Below are positions 47,595 to 56,907 of a stretch of 64,000 nt of DNA, in pieces. This DNA is from a plasmid: the NCBI RefSeq assembly GCF_054482595.1, contig NZ_JBTHVH010000004.1. The stretch is one strand, 5' to 3'. Position numbers and translations under genes: made by a program. The first letter of the stretch is position 1. Each line of letters begins with the position of its first letter. A model generated the notes under the pieces. It was given only the letters and a program-made list of their open reading frames with translations. It did not search any database and was not told where the DNA came from.

Positions 47595-48023
47595 TTATCC
47601 ACGGTTGAGCAGCTTGATCCCGTCCGCCCGCAGTTGACCAACAGGGGAAATATGCCTGTACAAAGTTTGCCGGGTTATCCCAAGTTCCTGGCATAGCGTA
47701 CTGACCTTTGTTTCTGATTGTCCCATTGATGCCATTGCCAGTCGCAGTTTGACTGGCGTCATTTTATAAGGTCGGCCGCCGTTCCGCCCACGGGCTCTTG
47801 CTGATGCCAGACCTGCAGTCGTTCTTTCAGCAATCAGTTCGCGCTCAAACTCCGCCAGTGCGGCAAAGATACCGAAGACAAGCTTGCCAGCGGCCGTTGT
47901 TGTGTCGATAGTCGCCCCGTGACCGGTCAGCACTTTCAGACCGGTCCCCCTCGCGGTCAGGTCGTGCACTGTATTAATGAGATGACGAAGATCACGACCG
48001 AGGCGGTCCAGCTTCCATACGAC
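47595..48023 (-). pseudogene. tnpR: Serine resolvase, N-terminally truncated (catalytic region missing)
   Basis: …VVWKLDRLGRDLRHLINTVHDLTARGTGLKVLTG…FAALAEFERELIAERT…CQELGITRQTLYRHI. The upstream part is replaced by the ISKpn19-like element. Confidence 0.8.
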
Positions 48024-48055
48024 CGAGAGCATAAAAAATATTGGGGCAGCGTGAG

Positions 48056-49450
48056 CTATGCTGCCATCGCTGGTCCCTTCCCGTCACTTTGAAAACCCGG
48101 ATACCAGCAGACAAATTTATCCTGCAGTTCGTTATTCAAAACGGCGGTCCGGGTCTGTAACAAATAATGAGCCCCTTTTCTGCTCCACTGCATCTGCTGC
48201 TTTTTGGCCATTCGTCTGGCGATCACTTCATTGATCGTGGATTCCACAAACGCGGTTGATACCGGCTCTCCGTACCGACGCATTTCGCCGTAGTTTGGGA
48301 TCATCATCTTATTATTCCGGATGTAGGTATACATTTCATCCAGATGTTTTTGCAGGGATTTCAGGCTAGGATAGCTGAGTTCAGGGTCATCGCAATACAT
48401 AACGCAATTATCAATATGTTCCAGCGCAGCGACAACATTGCCATGCCAGAGATATCGTTTAATGCTTTCCAGCAGTGCCAGAACTTTACTCCCCGCCTCT
48501 GGATCTGATACCAGCAGTCCCCGGGCATATTGCATGAGCACCTTCAGCCTCATGGTGATATGAAACCAGTCCAGCACATGCGTTGACTCAGGGTACATAC
48601 CGAACTGGAGGTCCCTGAGATTATCCGCGCCGTCGGACAGAAAAAATATCTGCTGGTTGGCCTGCATTCCCTGCGCTGAAAGGTGGGTCATGAGCCTGCG
48701 TTCCGGATGACAGTCATCCTTCTGAACAAAACCGAAGCGGCGGGTGTCAGCAGGCGCACCAACGGAAAAAGACTTCCCGGCAATAATTTCAAAATTACGC
48801 TTTTTGTCATCCCGATCGCGAACATAACCACCATCTATACCCACCACAAGCGGTTTTCCTGGCCTGGGCAGGTTCCCCCAGTCGCGGGGGCAGCCGGAAA
48901 GAAAACCTGAATGAGCTTCAGCCTCAGCGTCAAGACGCTGCGCCACCTGGCATAAATGATTCCTCACCGTTGAGGCATTCAGGCTGTGGCCCACCGGCAG
49001 AATATCTTTCAGCAGACGAGTCGTCATTTCATAGGAGATCATCGAGGCCCAGCGGGTTTCAATATATTTCAGTGCCGGGTGAGAATAATCGCCGGCCCAG
49101 TCGCTGAGCAAACTGACTGTCTTTGTATCACTCTCTTCACAACGGCACCGGTACACCCGAAGCCCGGATACCGGAATAACGCCAAACAGCGTCCGGTACC
49201 GTATTTTCTGTTTGCCTTTGATTCTGCGCGCAGCAAGGCAGTGAGGGCACCGGATATGGTGTTGAGTATATTCGTCTGCCTGCAGCTGGACCACCGACTG
49301 CTGGACCGTATTCAGCAACAGCTTGGATTCTGACACCGATAATCCGATGTCGTTCCGGGTCTCCCCTGATTTCTGGATTGTCATCAGTTCCTCCGTTCGA
49401 CTGGAGCCTGATTCATCGGTGATGACTATCTGGAGCGTCAGTTGCATCAT
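48056..49450 (-). CDS. ISKra4-family DDE transposase (464 aa)
   Basis: MMQLTLQIVITDESGSSRTEELMTIQKSGE…HHIRCPHCLAARRIKGKQKIRYRTLFG… shows the zinc-ribbon plus DDE layout. Confidence 0.7.
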   Translation of the reverse strand: MMQLTLQIVITDESGSSRTEELMTIQKSGETRNDIGLSVSESKLLLNTVQQSVVQLQADEYTQHHIRCPHCLAARRIKGKQKIRYRTLFGVIPVSGLRVYRCRCEESDTKTVSLLSDWAGDYSHPALKYIETRWASMISYEMTTRLLKDILPVGHSLNASTVRNHLCQVAQRLDAEAEAHSGFLSGCPRDWGNLPRPGKPLVVGIDGGYVRDRDDKKRNFEIIAGKSFSVGAPADTRRFGFVQKDDCHPERRLMTHLSAQGMQANQQIFFLSDGADNLRDLQFGMYPESTHVLDWFHITMRLKVLMQYARGLLVSDPEAGSKVLALLESIKRYLWHGNVVAALEHIDNCVMYCDDPELSYPSLKSLQKHLDEMYTYIRNNKMMIPNYGEMRRYGEPVSTAFVESTINEVIARRMAKKQQMQWSRKGAHYLLQTRTAVLNNELQDKFVCWYPGFQSDGKGPAMAA

Positions 49451-49483
49451 TGCCTCCTGCTGTGGTGGATGACTATCTCCCGG

Positions 49484-50056
49484 CTACTGGTTGTTCATCT
49501 GGTGACGAAGCTTATAATATGTGGAAACGCCAAGGCCCGCATGGTCGCAGGCGATCCTGAGCCTGACCCCTCTGCTTCTGAGTGCGTCAATTTCCTGGAT
49601 CTTTTTGATATCGGCGCCGGGGCGCCCTGTTTTTTCACCCCGTGCTTTTTTCGCGGCGATGCCGTCGGCCTGCCTTTCCTTCAGTAAGGCTCGTTCAAAC
49701 TGGCTGAATGCCGACATCATGTGCAGCTGCAGTTCCTGCATCGGATTGTTTGTGCCGGCGCTGAACGTCAGCTGCTCTTTCAGAAAAATAAGGGTAACGC
49801 CCTGGTCACGAAGCCGGGTGGTGACAGCGCACATATCCGACATATTCCGGCAAAGGCGATCGATGGAATGAACCAGAAGCGTATCACCAGGGCGTAATTG
49901 CCCCAGGAGTTCCTGTAACCCCGGGCGGTTTGTGTCCTTCGCGCTGGCATGCTCAACACAAATTTTATCAGGCTGAAAACCCGCCTTTGACAATGCCTCT
50001 TCCTGACGGGCCGTATTCTGATCGGCCGAGCTTACCCTGATGTAGGCATATTGCAC
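49484..50056 (-). CDS. Serine recombinase (resolvase/invertase family, 190 aa), apparently intact
   Basis: MQYAYIRVSSADQNTARQEEAL…GDTLLVHSIDRLCRN…FSQFERALLKERQ… with a C-terminal HTH. Confidence 0.85.
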   Translation of the reverse strand: MQYAYIRVSSADQNTARQEEALSKAGFQPDKICVEHASAKDTNRPGLQELLGQLRPGDTLLVHSIDRLCRNMSDMCAVTTRLRDQGVTLIFLKEQLTFSAGTNNPMQELQLHMMSAFSQFERALLKERQADGIAAKKARGEKTGRPGADIKKIQEIDALRSRGVRLRIACDHAGLGVSTYYKLRHQMNNQ

Positions 50057-50192
50057 GCAAAACCTCCGGAAGGTCTTTAAACATCATAGAGATTTAAAGA
50101 ATAATCCATAAACACTGATTTAGGGAGGTTTATAGACATTTTTTCGGGGATCTGAGAGGCATGCTGAAAACGTATACCTTTATAGACATCAG

Positions 50193-50783
50193 TCAGCGAC
50201 GACGGCCCAGCCAGATAACTTCAGGCTCCAGTACCGGAGATGCAAGGTCGAGCCTGCTCAGTTGCCGGTTGATTTTGTGGCGGTTGAACCTGACAGCATC
50301 CAGGTCGTCAGCAAAAGGGCGGATCTCGCCGACCGTTGTTTCATCATCCGCATTAACGATAGCTTCAAGAAACGCCAGGGTTTTATCGAACTCATCCGCA
50401 GCTGTGGCTCCGGGCATACCATGGCCGCTTATACAAAACGGCGCTTTCAGCGTAGAGTTTTCATAAATGGCCTCAACACGAATGTCATGAAGCCAGTGCT
50501 CAAAGAAATTGTATTCATAGGTAAAGCGATCGCCAGCATCAAAAGCAAAATCATCAATCACGACCCGGAACGGATTATCGACAAAACCGATGCCTCCTTC
50601 GTAGGAGATACCGTAATCTTTGCCATAAATGTGAAATTGATGGAGATGGTCGTCCCCCCAGCCCTGCACTATCTGGAAAATGAAGTGAAGCGCGGCCAGT
50701 GACGTGTCGGCAGCAATTCTCAGCCGACGCCAGACCATCGGACTGACTCCATGAACTGCTATTTTGATGACGTAGATCTTCAT
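50193..50783 (-). CDS. Plasmid pRiA4b ORF-3-like (PF07929-type) protein
   Basis: IKIAVHGVSPMVWRRLRIAADTSLAALHFIFQIVQGWGDDHLHQFHIYGKDYG… is the characteristic N-terminal pattern of this family. Confidence 0.7.
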   Translation of the reverse strand: MKIYVIKIAVHGVSPMVWRRLRIAADTSLAALHFIFQIVQGWGDDHLHQFHIYGKDYGISYEGGIGFVDNPFRVVIDDFAFDAGDRFTYEYNFFEHWLHDIRVEAIYENSTLKAPFCISGHGMPGATAADEFDKTLAFLEAIVNADDETTVGEIRPFADDLDAVRFNRHKINRQLSRLDLASPVLEPEVIWLGRRR

Positions 50784-51174
50784 AGTCAGCAGGTATTGTT
50801 ATGAAATGATGGTGGTTATTTTAACCCCTGTAGATGGCATCATTCGATGGCTGCCCCGAGGTTTTTCATGCTCTCCTATCTCATCTGCGCAAGGCAGAAC
50901 GTGAAGACGGCCGCCCTGGACCTCGCCCGCGAGCGCCAGGCGCACGAGGCCGGCGCGCGGACCCGCGCCACGGCCCACGAGCGGACGCCGCAGCAGGAGC
51001 GCCAGAAGGCCGCCAGAGAGGCCGAGCGCGGCCGTGAGGCTTGGACGCTAGGGCAGGGCATGAAAAAGCCCGTAGCGGGCTGCTACGGGCGTCTGACGCG
51101 GTGGAAAGGGGGAGGGGATGTTGTCTACATGGCTCTGCTGTAGTGAGTGGGTTGCGCTCCGGCAGCGGTCCTGA

Positions 51175-51825
51175 TCAATCGTCACCCTTTCTCGGTCCTT
51201 CAACGTTCCTGACAACGAGCCTCCTTTTCGCCAATCCATCGACAATCACCGCGAGTCCCTGCTCGAACGCTGCGTCCGGATCGGCTTCGTCGAAGGCGTC
51301 TATCGCGGCCCGCAACAGCGGCGAGAGCGGAGCCTGTTCAACGGTGCCGCCGCGCTCGCCGGCATCGCTGTCGCCGGCCTGCTCCTCAAGCACGGCCCCA
51401 ACAGTGAAGTAGCTGATTGTCATCAGCGCATTGACGGCGTCCCCGGCCGAAAAACCCGCCTCGCAGAGGAAGCGAAGCTGCGCGTCGGCCGTTTCCATCT
51501 GCGGTGCGCCCGGTCGCGTGCCGGCATGGATGCGCGCGCCATCGCGGTAGGCGAGCAGCGCCTGCCTGAAGCTGCGGGCATTCCCGATCAGAAATGAGCG
51601 CCAGTCGTCGTCGGCTCTCGGCACCGAATGCGTATGATTCTCCGCCAGCATGGCTTCGGCCAGTGCGTCGAGCAGCGCCCGCTTGTTCCTGAAGTGCCAG
51701 TAAAGCGCCGGCTGCTGAACCCCCAACCGTTCCGCCAGTTTGCGTGTCGTCAGACCGTCTACGCCGACCTCGTTCAACAGGTCCAGGGCGGCACGGATCA
51801 CTGTATTCGGCTGCAACTTTGTCAT
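51175..51825 (-). CDS. tetR(A): Tetracycline repressor TetR(A)
   Basis: 216 aa, MTKLQPNTVIRAALDLLNEVGVDGLTTRKLAERLGVQQPALYWHFRNKRALLDALAEAML…. Confidence 0.95.
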   Translation of the reverse strand: MTKLQPNTVIRAALDLLNEVGVDGLTTRKLAERLGVQQPALYWHFRNKRALLDALAEAMLAENHTHSVPRADDDWRSFLIGNARSFRQALLAYRDGARIHAGTRPGAPQMETADAQLRFLCEAGFSAGDAVNALMTISYFTVGAVLEEQAGDSDAGERGGTVEQAPLSPLLRAAIDAFDEADPDAAFEQGLAVIVDGLAKRRLVVRNVEGPRKGDD

Positions 51826-51832
51826 GCTTGAC

Positions 51833-51882
51833 ACTTTATCACTGATAAACATAATATGTCCACCAACTTATCAGTGATAAAG
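51833..51882. promoter_or_regulatory. tet operators O1/O2 in the tetR-tetA divergent promoter
   Basis: ACTTTATCACTGATAAAC and AACTTATCAGTGATAAAG. Confidence 0.85.
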
Positions 51883-51930
51883 AATCCGCGCGTTCAATCG
51901 GACCAGCGGAGGCTGGTCCGGAGGCCAGAC

Positions 51931-53130
51931 GTGAAACCCAACAGACCCCTGATCGTAATTCTGAGCACTGTCGCGCTCGACGCTGTCGGCATCGGCCTGA
52001 TTATGCCGGTGCTGCCGGGCCTCCTGCGCGATCTGGTTCACTCGAACGACGTCACCGCCCACTATGGCATTCTGCTGGCGCTGTATGCGTTGATGCAATT
52101 TGCCTGCGCACCTGTGCTGGGCGCGCTGTCGGATCGTTTCGGGCGGCGGCCGGTCTTGCTCGTCTCGCTGGCCGGCGCTGCTGTCGACTACGCCATCATG
52201 GCGACGACGCCTTTCCTTTGGGTTCTCTATATCGGGCGGATCGTGGCCGGCATCACCGGGGCGACTGGGGCGGTAGCCGGCGCTTATATTGCCGATATCA
52301 CTGATGGCGATGAGCGCGCGCGGCACTTCGGCTTCATGAGCGCCTGTTTCGGGTTCGGGATGGTCGCGGGACCTGTGCTCGGTGGGCTGATGGGCGGTTT
52401 CTCCCCCCACGCTCCGTTCTTCGCCGCGGCAGCCTTGAACGGCCTCAATTTCCTGACGGGCTGTTTCCTTTTGCCGGAGTCGCACAAAGGCGAACGCCGG
52501 CCGTTACGCCGGGAGGCTCTCAACCCGCTCGCTTCGTTCCGGTGGGCCCGGGGCATGACCGTCGTCGCCGCCCTGATGGCGGTCTTCTTCATCATGCAAC
52601 TTGTCGGACAGGTGCCGGCCGCGCTTTGGGTCATTTTCGGCGAGGATCGCTTTCACTGGGACGCGACCACGATCGGCATTTCGCTTGCCGCATTTGGCAT
52701 TCTGCATTCACTCGCCCAGGCAATGATCACCGGCCCTGTAGCCGCCCGGCTCGGCGAAAGGCGGGCACTCATGCTCGGAATGATTGCCGACGGCACAGGC
52801 TACATCCTGCTTGCCTTCGCGACACGGGGATGGATGGCGTTCCCGATCATGGTCCTGCTTGCTTCGGGTGGCATCGGAATGCCGGCGCTGCAAGCAATGT
52901 TGTCCAGGCAGGTGGATGAGGAACGTCAGGGGCAGCTGCAAGGCTCACTGGCGGCGCTCACCAGCCTGACCTCGATCGTCGGACCCCTCCTCTTCACGGC
53001 GATCTATGCGGCTTCTATAACAACGTGGAACGGGTGGGCATGGATTGCAGGCGCTGCCCTCTACTTGCTCTGCCTGCCGGCGCTGCGTCGCGGGCTTTGG
53101 AGAAATTCTTCAAATTCCCGTTGCACATAG
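51931..53130 (+). CDS. tet(A): Tetracycline efflux protein TetA(A), 399 aa, last 9 residues replaced at an ISCR2 junction
   Basis: GTG start, VKPNRPLIVILSTVALDAVGIG… The C-terminus …RRGLWRNSSNSRCT differs from the native …RRGLWSGAGQRADR seen at 36683. Confidence 0.9.
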   Translation: MKPNRPLIVILSTVALDAVGIGLIMPVLPGLLRDLVHSNDVTAHYGILLALYALMQFACAPVLGALSDRFGRRPVLLVSLAGAAVDYAIMATTPFLWVLYIGRIVAGITGATGAVAGAYIADITDGDERARHFGFMSACFGFGMVAGPVLGGLMGGFSPHAPFFAAAALNGLNFLTGCFLLPESHKGERRPLRREALNPLASFRWARGMTVVAALMAVFFIMQLVGQVPAALWVIFGEDRFHWDATTIGISLAAFGILHSLAQAMITGPVAARLGERRALMLGMIADGTGYILLAFATRGWMAFPIMVLLASGGIGMPALQAMLSRQVDEERQGQLQGSLAALTSLTSIVGPLLFTAIYAASITTWNGWAWIAGAALYLLCLPALRRGLWRNSSNSRCT

Positions 53131-53396
53131 CCCGGCAATTCCTTTCCCTGCTCTGCCATAAGCGCAGCGAATGCCGGGTAATACTCGTCAACGATCTGAT
53201 AGAGAAGGGTTTGCTCGGGTCGGTGGCTCTGGTAACGACCAGTATCCCGATCCCGGCTGGCCGTCCTGGCCGCCACATGAGGCATGTTCCGCGTCCTTGC
53301 AATACTGTGTTTACATACAGTCTATCGCTTAGCGGAAAGTTCTTTTACCCTCAGCCGAAATGCCTGCCGTTGCTAGACATTGCCAGCCAGTGCCCG
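53103..53396 (-). mobile_element. ISCR2 5' end (upstream region plus first ~61 codons of the IS91-like transposase), truncated at the tetA junction
   Basis: MPHVAARTASRDRDTGRYQSHRPEQTLLYQIVDEYYPAFAALMAEQGKELPGYVQREFEEFL is the ISCR2 transposase N-terminus as I recall it. Confidence 0.6.
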
Positions 53397-53702
53397 TCAC
53401 TCCGCGGTCTTCACTGCGTGATCGAGTTGATCGACACCCGCCGTGACACGCTCCATGAAGTGCCTGCCTGCGTCTGTTAGCCGAACGCCCCGCGCATGGC
53501 GCTCAAATAGCAGGACACCAAGGTTATCCTCCAGCGCTTTCACACGCGCGCTGACGCTCGACTGGCTGATACCAAGTGCCTTGGCCGCATGCCGAAAATT
53601 CAGATGCTCGGCGACGGCGATGAACTGAACAAGGGAAATGAGCGGTATCCTGCCAGACAGGATACCGACATTCACGAGGTTTCGATGGTTAGTGCGCCGC
53701 AT
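53397..53702 (-). pseudogene. LysR-family regulator, N-terminal HTH part only
   Basis: …LVQFIAVAEHLNFRHAAKALGISQSSVSARVKALEDNLGVLLFERHARGVRLTDAG… lies downstream of floR, as in known floR modules. Confidence 0.8.
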
Positions 53703-53729
53703 CGGAGCGGGCCTGCTACCAGTCGTCGG

Positions 53730-54944
53730 TTAGACGACTGGCGACTTCTCGGTGGCAGCCCCACGGAGCCGAAGGAGCACCAGCCCCAACGAAACCAGTA
53801 CCGCCATCGCCGTGGCGTAACAGATCACGGGCCACGCTGTGTCACCGTTTAAAAGTGCCACCGCCAATGTCCCGACAATGCTGACTATCAGGCTTTGAAC
53901 GCAGAAGTAGAACGCGACCGCTGATCCCGCGATGTCGTCGAACTCTGCCAAAGCGCCGTTCGCGGTAACGGACACCGTGAAGACAATACCGACCGCGACA
54001 ACCCACATCGGTAGGATGAAGGTGAGGAATGACGGCGAGCCGTAAAGTTCGCCGATCCCCAACAGGACCGCTCCGCAAACAAGCAACGCCATCCCACGCG
54101 CCACGCATCCTGCGATGCCCCATCTGGCGACAAAGGACTTCGCGAAACGGGTTGTCACGATCATTACAAGCGCGACAGTGGCGAAGGCAAAGCTGAATCC
54201 GATCTCGGAATATTCCGCTTGGCCTATGAGCACACGGGTAGCCGTCGAGAAGAAGACGAAGTAGGTGCCCATACCGGCGCTAAAGCCGACAGTGTAAACC
54301 CAAAAAGCCGGACTCGCGAAGATCGGCAAGACAGATCGGCGCGTCTTGACTTGATCCAGAGGGCGGGTTTCGTGCCACCTGAAACCCGCATTTAGGAGTG
54401 CGAGCATCGCCAGTATAGCCAAAGTAATGAATATCGCCTGCCATCCCAAGAACTCGCCGATCAATGCTCCGGCGATAGGGCCGAGCGCAGGCACGAACGC
54501 CAGCATCGAACTGAAAAGGCCGTAGATGACGACACCCTCAGGACGGTTGGCATAAACGTCGCGAACCGTCGCGAACGTCGCCACCAGCATGGCCGACGCG
54601 CCCACTGCTTGAAGTAGACGGAAAGCGACAAAGGCCGGTGCAGTTGAAGACCAAGCTGCTCCCAGAGACGCAATGACGAAAGCCGTTGCGCCCGCAAGTA
54701 GAATTGGCCGTCGCCCGATTCTGTCTGAGAGCGGACCAAAAATCACCTGGCCCACGCCGAGCATCACCATATAGAGGCTCAACGTGAGTTGGATCATAGC
54801 GGGCGTCGTGTTCAGGATGCCGGGCATCGCTGGAACGACAGGGAGATAAATATCCATCGCCAGTGAAGCGAGGATGTCGAAAGGAGCCATCAGCAGCAGT
54901 GCTGCCGGCAGCGTATAGGCCCACGCGGGGCGTGTGGTGGTCAT
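53730..54944 (-). CDS. floR: Florfenicol/chloramphenicol efflux MFS transporter FloR
   Basis: 404 aa, MTTTRPAWAYTLPAALLLMAPFDILASLAMDIYLPVVPAMPGILNTTPAMIQLTLSLYM…. Confidence 0.95.
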   Translation of the reverse strand: MTTTRPAWAYTLPAALLLMAPFDILASLAMDIYLPVVPAMPGILNTTPAMIQLTLSLYMVMLGVGQVIFGPLSDRIGRRPILLAGATAFVIASLGAAWSSTAPAFVAFRLLQAVGASAMLVATFATVRDVYANRPEGVVIYGLFSSMLAFVPALGPIAGALIGEFLGWQAIFITLAILAMLALLNAGFRWHETRPLDQVKTRRSVLPIFASPAFWVYTVGFSAGMGTYFVFFSTATRVLIGQAEYSEIGFSFAFATVALVMIVTTRFAKSFVARWGIAGCVARGMALLVCGAVLLGIGELYGSPSFLTFILPMWVVAVGIVFTVSVTANGALAEFDDIAGSAVAFYFCVQSLIVSIVGTLAVALLNGDTAWPVICYATAMAVLVSLGLVLLRLRGAATEKSPVV

Positions 54945-55050
54945 GACGAATCAACCCTCGATTAAGGAATACCGGGCGACGTCTGCTCGTCAGCAATCAG
55001 ATGAGACTAGCCTTACAGAGCGCCGCAACAACAATACTGGTTGTTGCGGC

Positions 55051-55080
55051 TTACTTGTCTGCTGACTTGGAATTTCCCAT
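55051..55080 (-). promoter_or_regulatory. floR upstream leader-peptide-like mini-ORF (MGNSKSADK) with adjacent stem-loop
   Basis: ATGGGAAATTCCAAGTCAGCAGACAAGTAA is followed by GCCGCAACAAC-n7-GTTGTTGCGGC (55022..55050). This is collinear with the cmlA attenuator at 42895..42962. Confidence 0.6.
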
Positions 55081-55160
55081 CTGATTACTCCACGCTTACG
55101 AATATGAATTGCTACATTTTATCCGATTATCTTTTGCTTCGCAATGCGGCATGGGCGCAC

Positions 55161-56045
55161 TCAGCGTTCCAGCCCCCTCTGCCGCCCTAACTGCCACGAC
55201 ACCGACCCGCCCTGCACGATGCCCATAACCTCGCGGCCGAGTTGGCGGTCGATGATCGGCCGCCACGGGACAAGGGTGAACTCATGGGATTTCTCGACCA
55301 CGGCGAACTTGCCGCTCGATAGATGCACGGTTCCGGTAAACTTGCCGCTGACGCTCTCGCCGTCCGTGGCGGCGCGGAACGGCAGGCCCTTACTCAAAGC
55401 CATATCCGATCCGACGCCGGCTACCTCGCGCTCCCGCAGGATGGCGAGAAGGTTGCGCCGGTAGAAGACGCGGCTGTCCCGGCTGCGGGTGGCGTCGCCC
55501 TGTTCGATATGGTGCTCGCGGCGCTGGTCCATGGCTTCGCGGACTTGTTGCCCGAAGCCGGTTGGCGCAAGGTCGGCCGTCTCGCCGTGGATCAGCCGCC
55601 GGTCCAGCCAGGTCGCGCCGTCCGATCCGATCTGTTTGTTCAGATCGACCGGGGAAAGGACGCGAACGCTGGCCTGACTGTCTCGGCCGGCGTCATGGGC
55701 GGCGGCACGGCTGACCAGATCATCGGGGATGCGCCATTGGTCGGCGTCGATCCGCTCGACGATACCGGCCCGGCGTAGCGCCTCCAGCCGGCGCACATGG
55801 GCATCGACATAGCCCTCATAGTCGCCGCCTGGAACGCGGCACGTATAGGAAGAATAAACGCCCTTTTCACCCAAGTCCAACAGCTTTGGACCGCAGTTGA
55901 CTCTTTCGACACCCCTGCGATGCAACCCAATCCGGCTGACGGGGAGCCAGCAACGCTGAAAATTTACCCTCCTCTTTCCCACTAGCGGCTCCTTTTCCGA
56001 CAACCAGCACGGCGGATCCCTGCCGCGGCGCTGTGAACGCAGCAT
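55161..56045 (-). CDS. DUF3363 / VirD2-like relaxase-related protein (probably a gene fragment)
   Basis: …VRRLEALRRAGIVERIDADQWRIPDDLVSRAAAHD… occupies the position between ISCR2 and floR usually annotated as virD2. Confidence 0.5.
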   Translation of the reverse strand: MLRSQRRGRDPPCWLSEKEPLVGKRRVNFQRCWLPVSRIGLHRRGVERVNCGPKLLDLGEKGVYSSYTCRVPGGDYEGYVDAHVRRLEALRRAGIVERIDADQWRIPDDLVSRAAAHDAGRDSQASVRVLSPVDLNKQIGSDGATWLDRRLIHGETADLAPTGFGQQVREAMDQRREHHIEQGDATRSRDSRVFYRRNLLAILREREVAGVGSDMALSKGLPFRAATDGESVSGKFTGTVHLSSGKFAVVEKSHEFTLVPWRPIIDRQLGREVMGIVQGGSVSWQLGRQRGLER

Positions 56046-56075
56046 TTTGATTGGTATCGTTGGCCTTCAGGCTCG

Positions 56076-56907
56076 TCAGTCAAACAGACCCAGGAGCAGC
56101 TCAGCCGGTGGCGCCCGGCTTTCGGGTAACGCCCTGGTCCCGCTGGTTTCGGCTTTGTGCTTCAGGTGATCAAGGATCTGCTTGATCACTATAGGGTCTT
56201 CAATGCAGGCGATGACTTTCATGGCGCCGCCGCAGCCGCTGCAGGTCTCGATGTCGATATTGAAAACACGCTTGAGCCGTTGCGCCCATGTCATCGACGC
56301 TCGCCGTTGTGCTGGTGTTGCCGGTTCATCAGCCACCCTGACCTTGTTGCCCCTGCCCCGTTTTGCCGGCGTGACCAACGCCCGGTGCCGACTGTTGGGT
56401 GCGAACACCCCGTGGAAGCGGGTTAGGTTGACTCTGGGCTTCGGTACCAGGGCGGCCAGCCTTGCAATGAAATCCAATGGTTCGAAAATGACGTGCGTGG
56501 TGCCGTCCCGGTACGGCGTCTTGAGCTGGTAGCGCACGTTGCCGCCTCGTGTTAACGACAGCCGCTTCTCGGATACCGCCGGGCGGCTGATGTACCGGCA
56601 CAGCCGTTCGAGCTTCTTGCGTTCATCGGCCCTGGCCGCCACGCCGGCGTGCAGGCTGGACCCGGCTACCTTGCCAATCCCGTCACCGAACGGATCACCA
56701 CTGGTCGGCAGAGTTTGCAAAGTGAACACCTTTCGCCCCGCCTGTGAACCGACAGCGATACGGTAAGTGATCGAGTGCCCCAGCAGGGGTGTCATCGGGT
56801 CGTCATCCACCGCATCCGAGGCCAGATAGCTGTTTTCGACATCCCGTTCCAGCAGGCCTTGCCGTTCCAGATAGCGACCCACCCGGTGGGCGATGGTGTG
56901 CGTCAGC
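56076..56907 (-). pseudogene. ISCR2 (IS91-like) transposase, C-terminal ~277 aa; N-terminus removed by the IS1006-like element
   Basis: …CRYISRPAVSEKRLSLTRGGNVRYQLKTPYRDGTTHVIFEPLDFIARLAALVPKPRVNLTRFHGVFAPNSRHR…. Confidence 0.75.

Larger units (their letters stand above)
48033..50857 (-). mobile_element. ISKra4-family element, ISKpn19-like, about 2.8 kb with three ORFs
   Basis: The imperfect termini are GGGGCAGCGTGAGCTATGCTGCCATC (left) and GGGGCAGCCATCGAATGATGCCATC (right, reverse complement). The transposase resembles the ISKpn19 Tnp commonly found next to qnrS1. The boundaries are approximate. Confidence 0.6.

Noticed and set aside
50834-51174. Arg/Ala-rich ORFs (for example 50847..51143, …LARERQAHEAGARTRATAHERTPQQERQKAAREAERGRE…) between the ISKpn19-like element and tetR.
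   Set aside because: The composition is low-complexity and GC-rich, several frames are open at once, and no start context is visible. This is most likely a non-coding or fragmentary remnant of the sequence that precedes tetR(A) in Tn1721/RP1-type elements.
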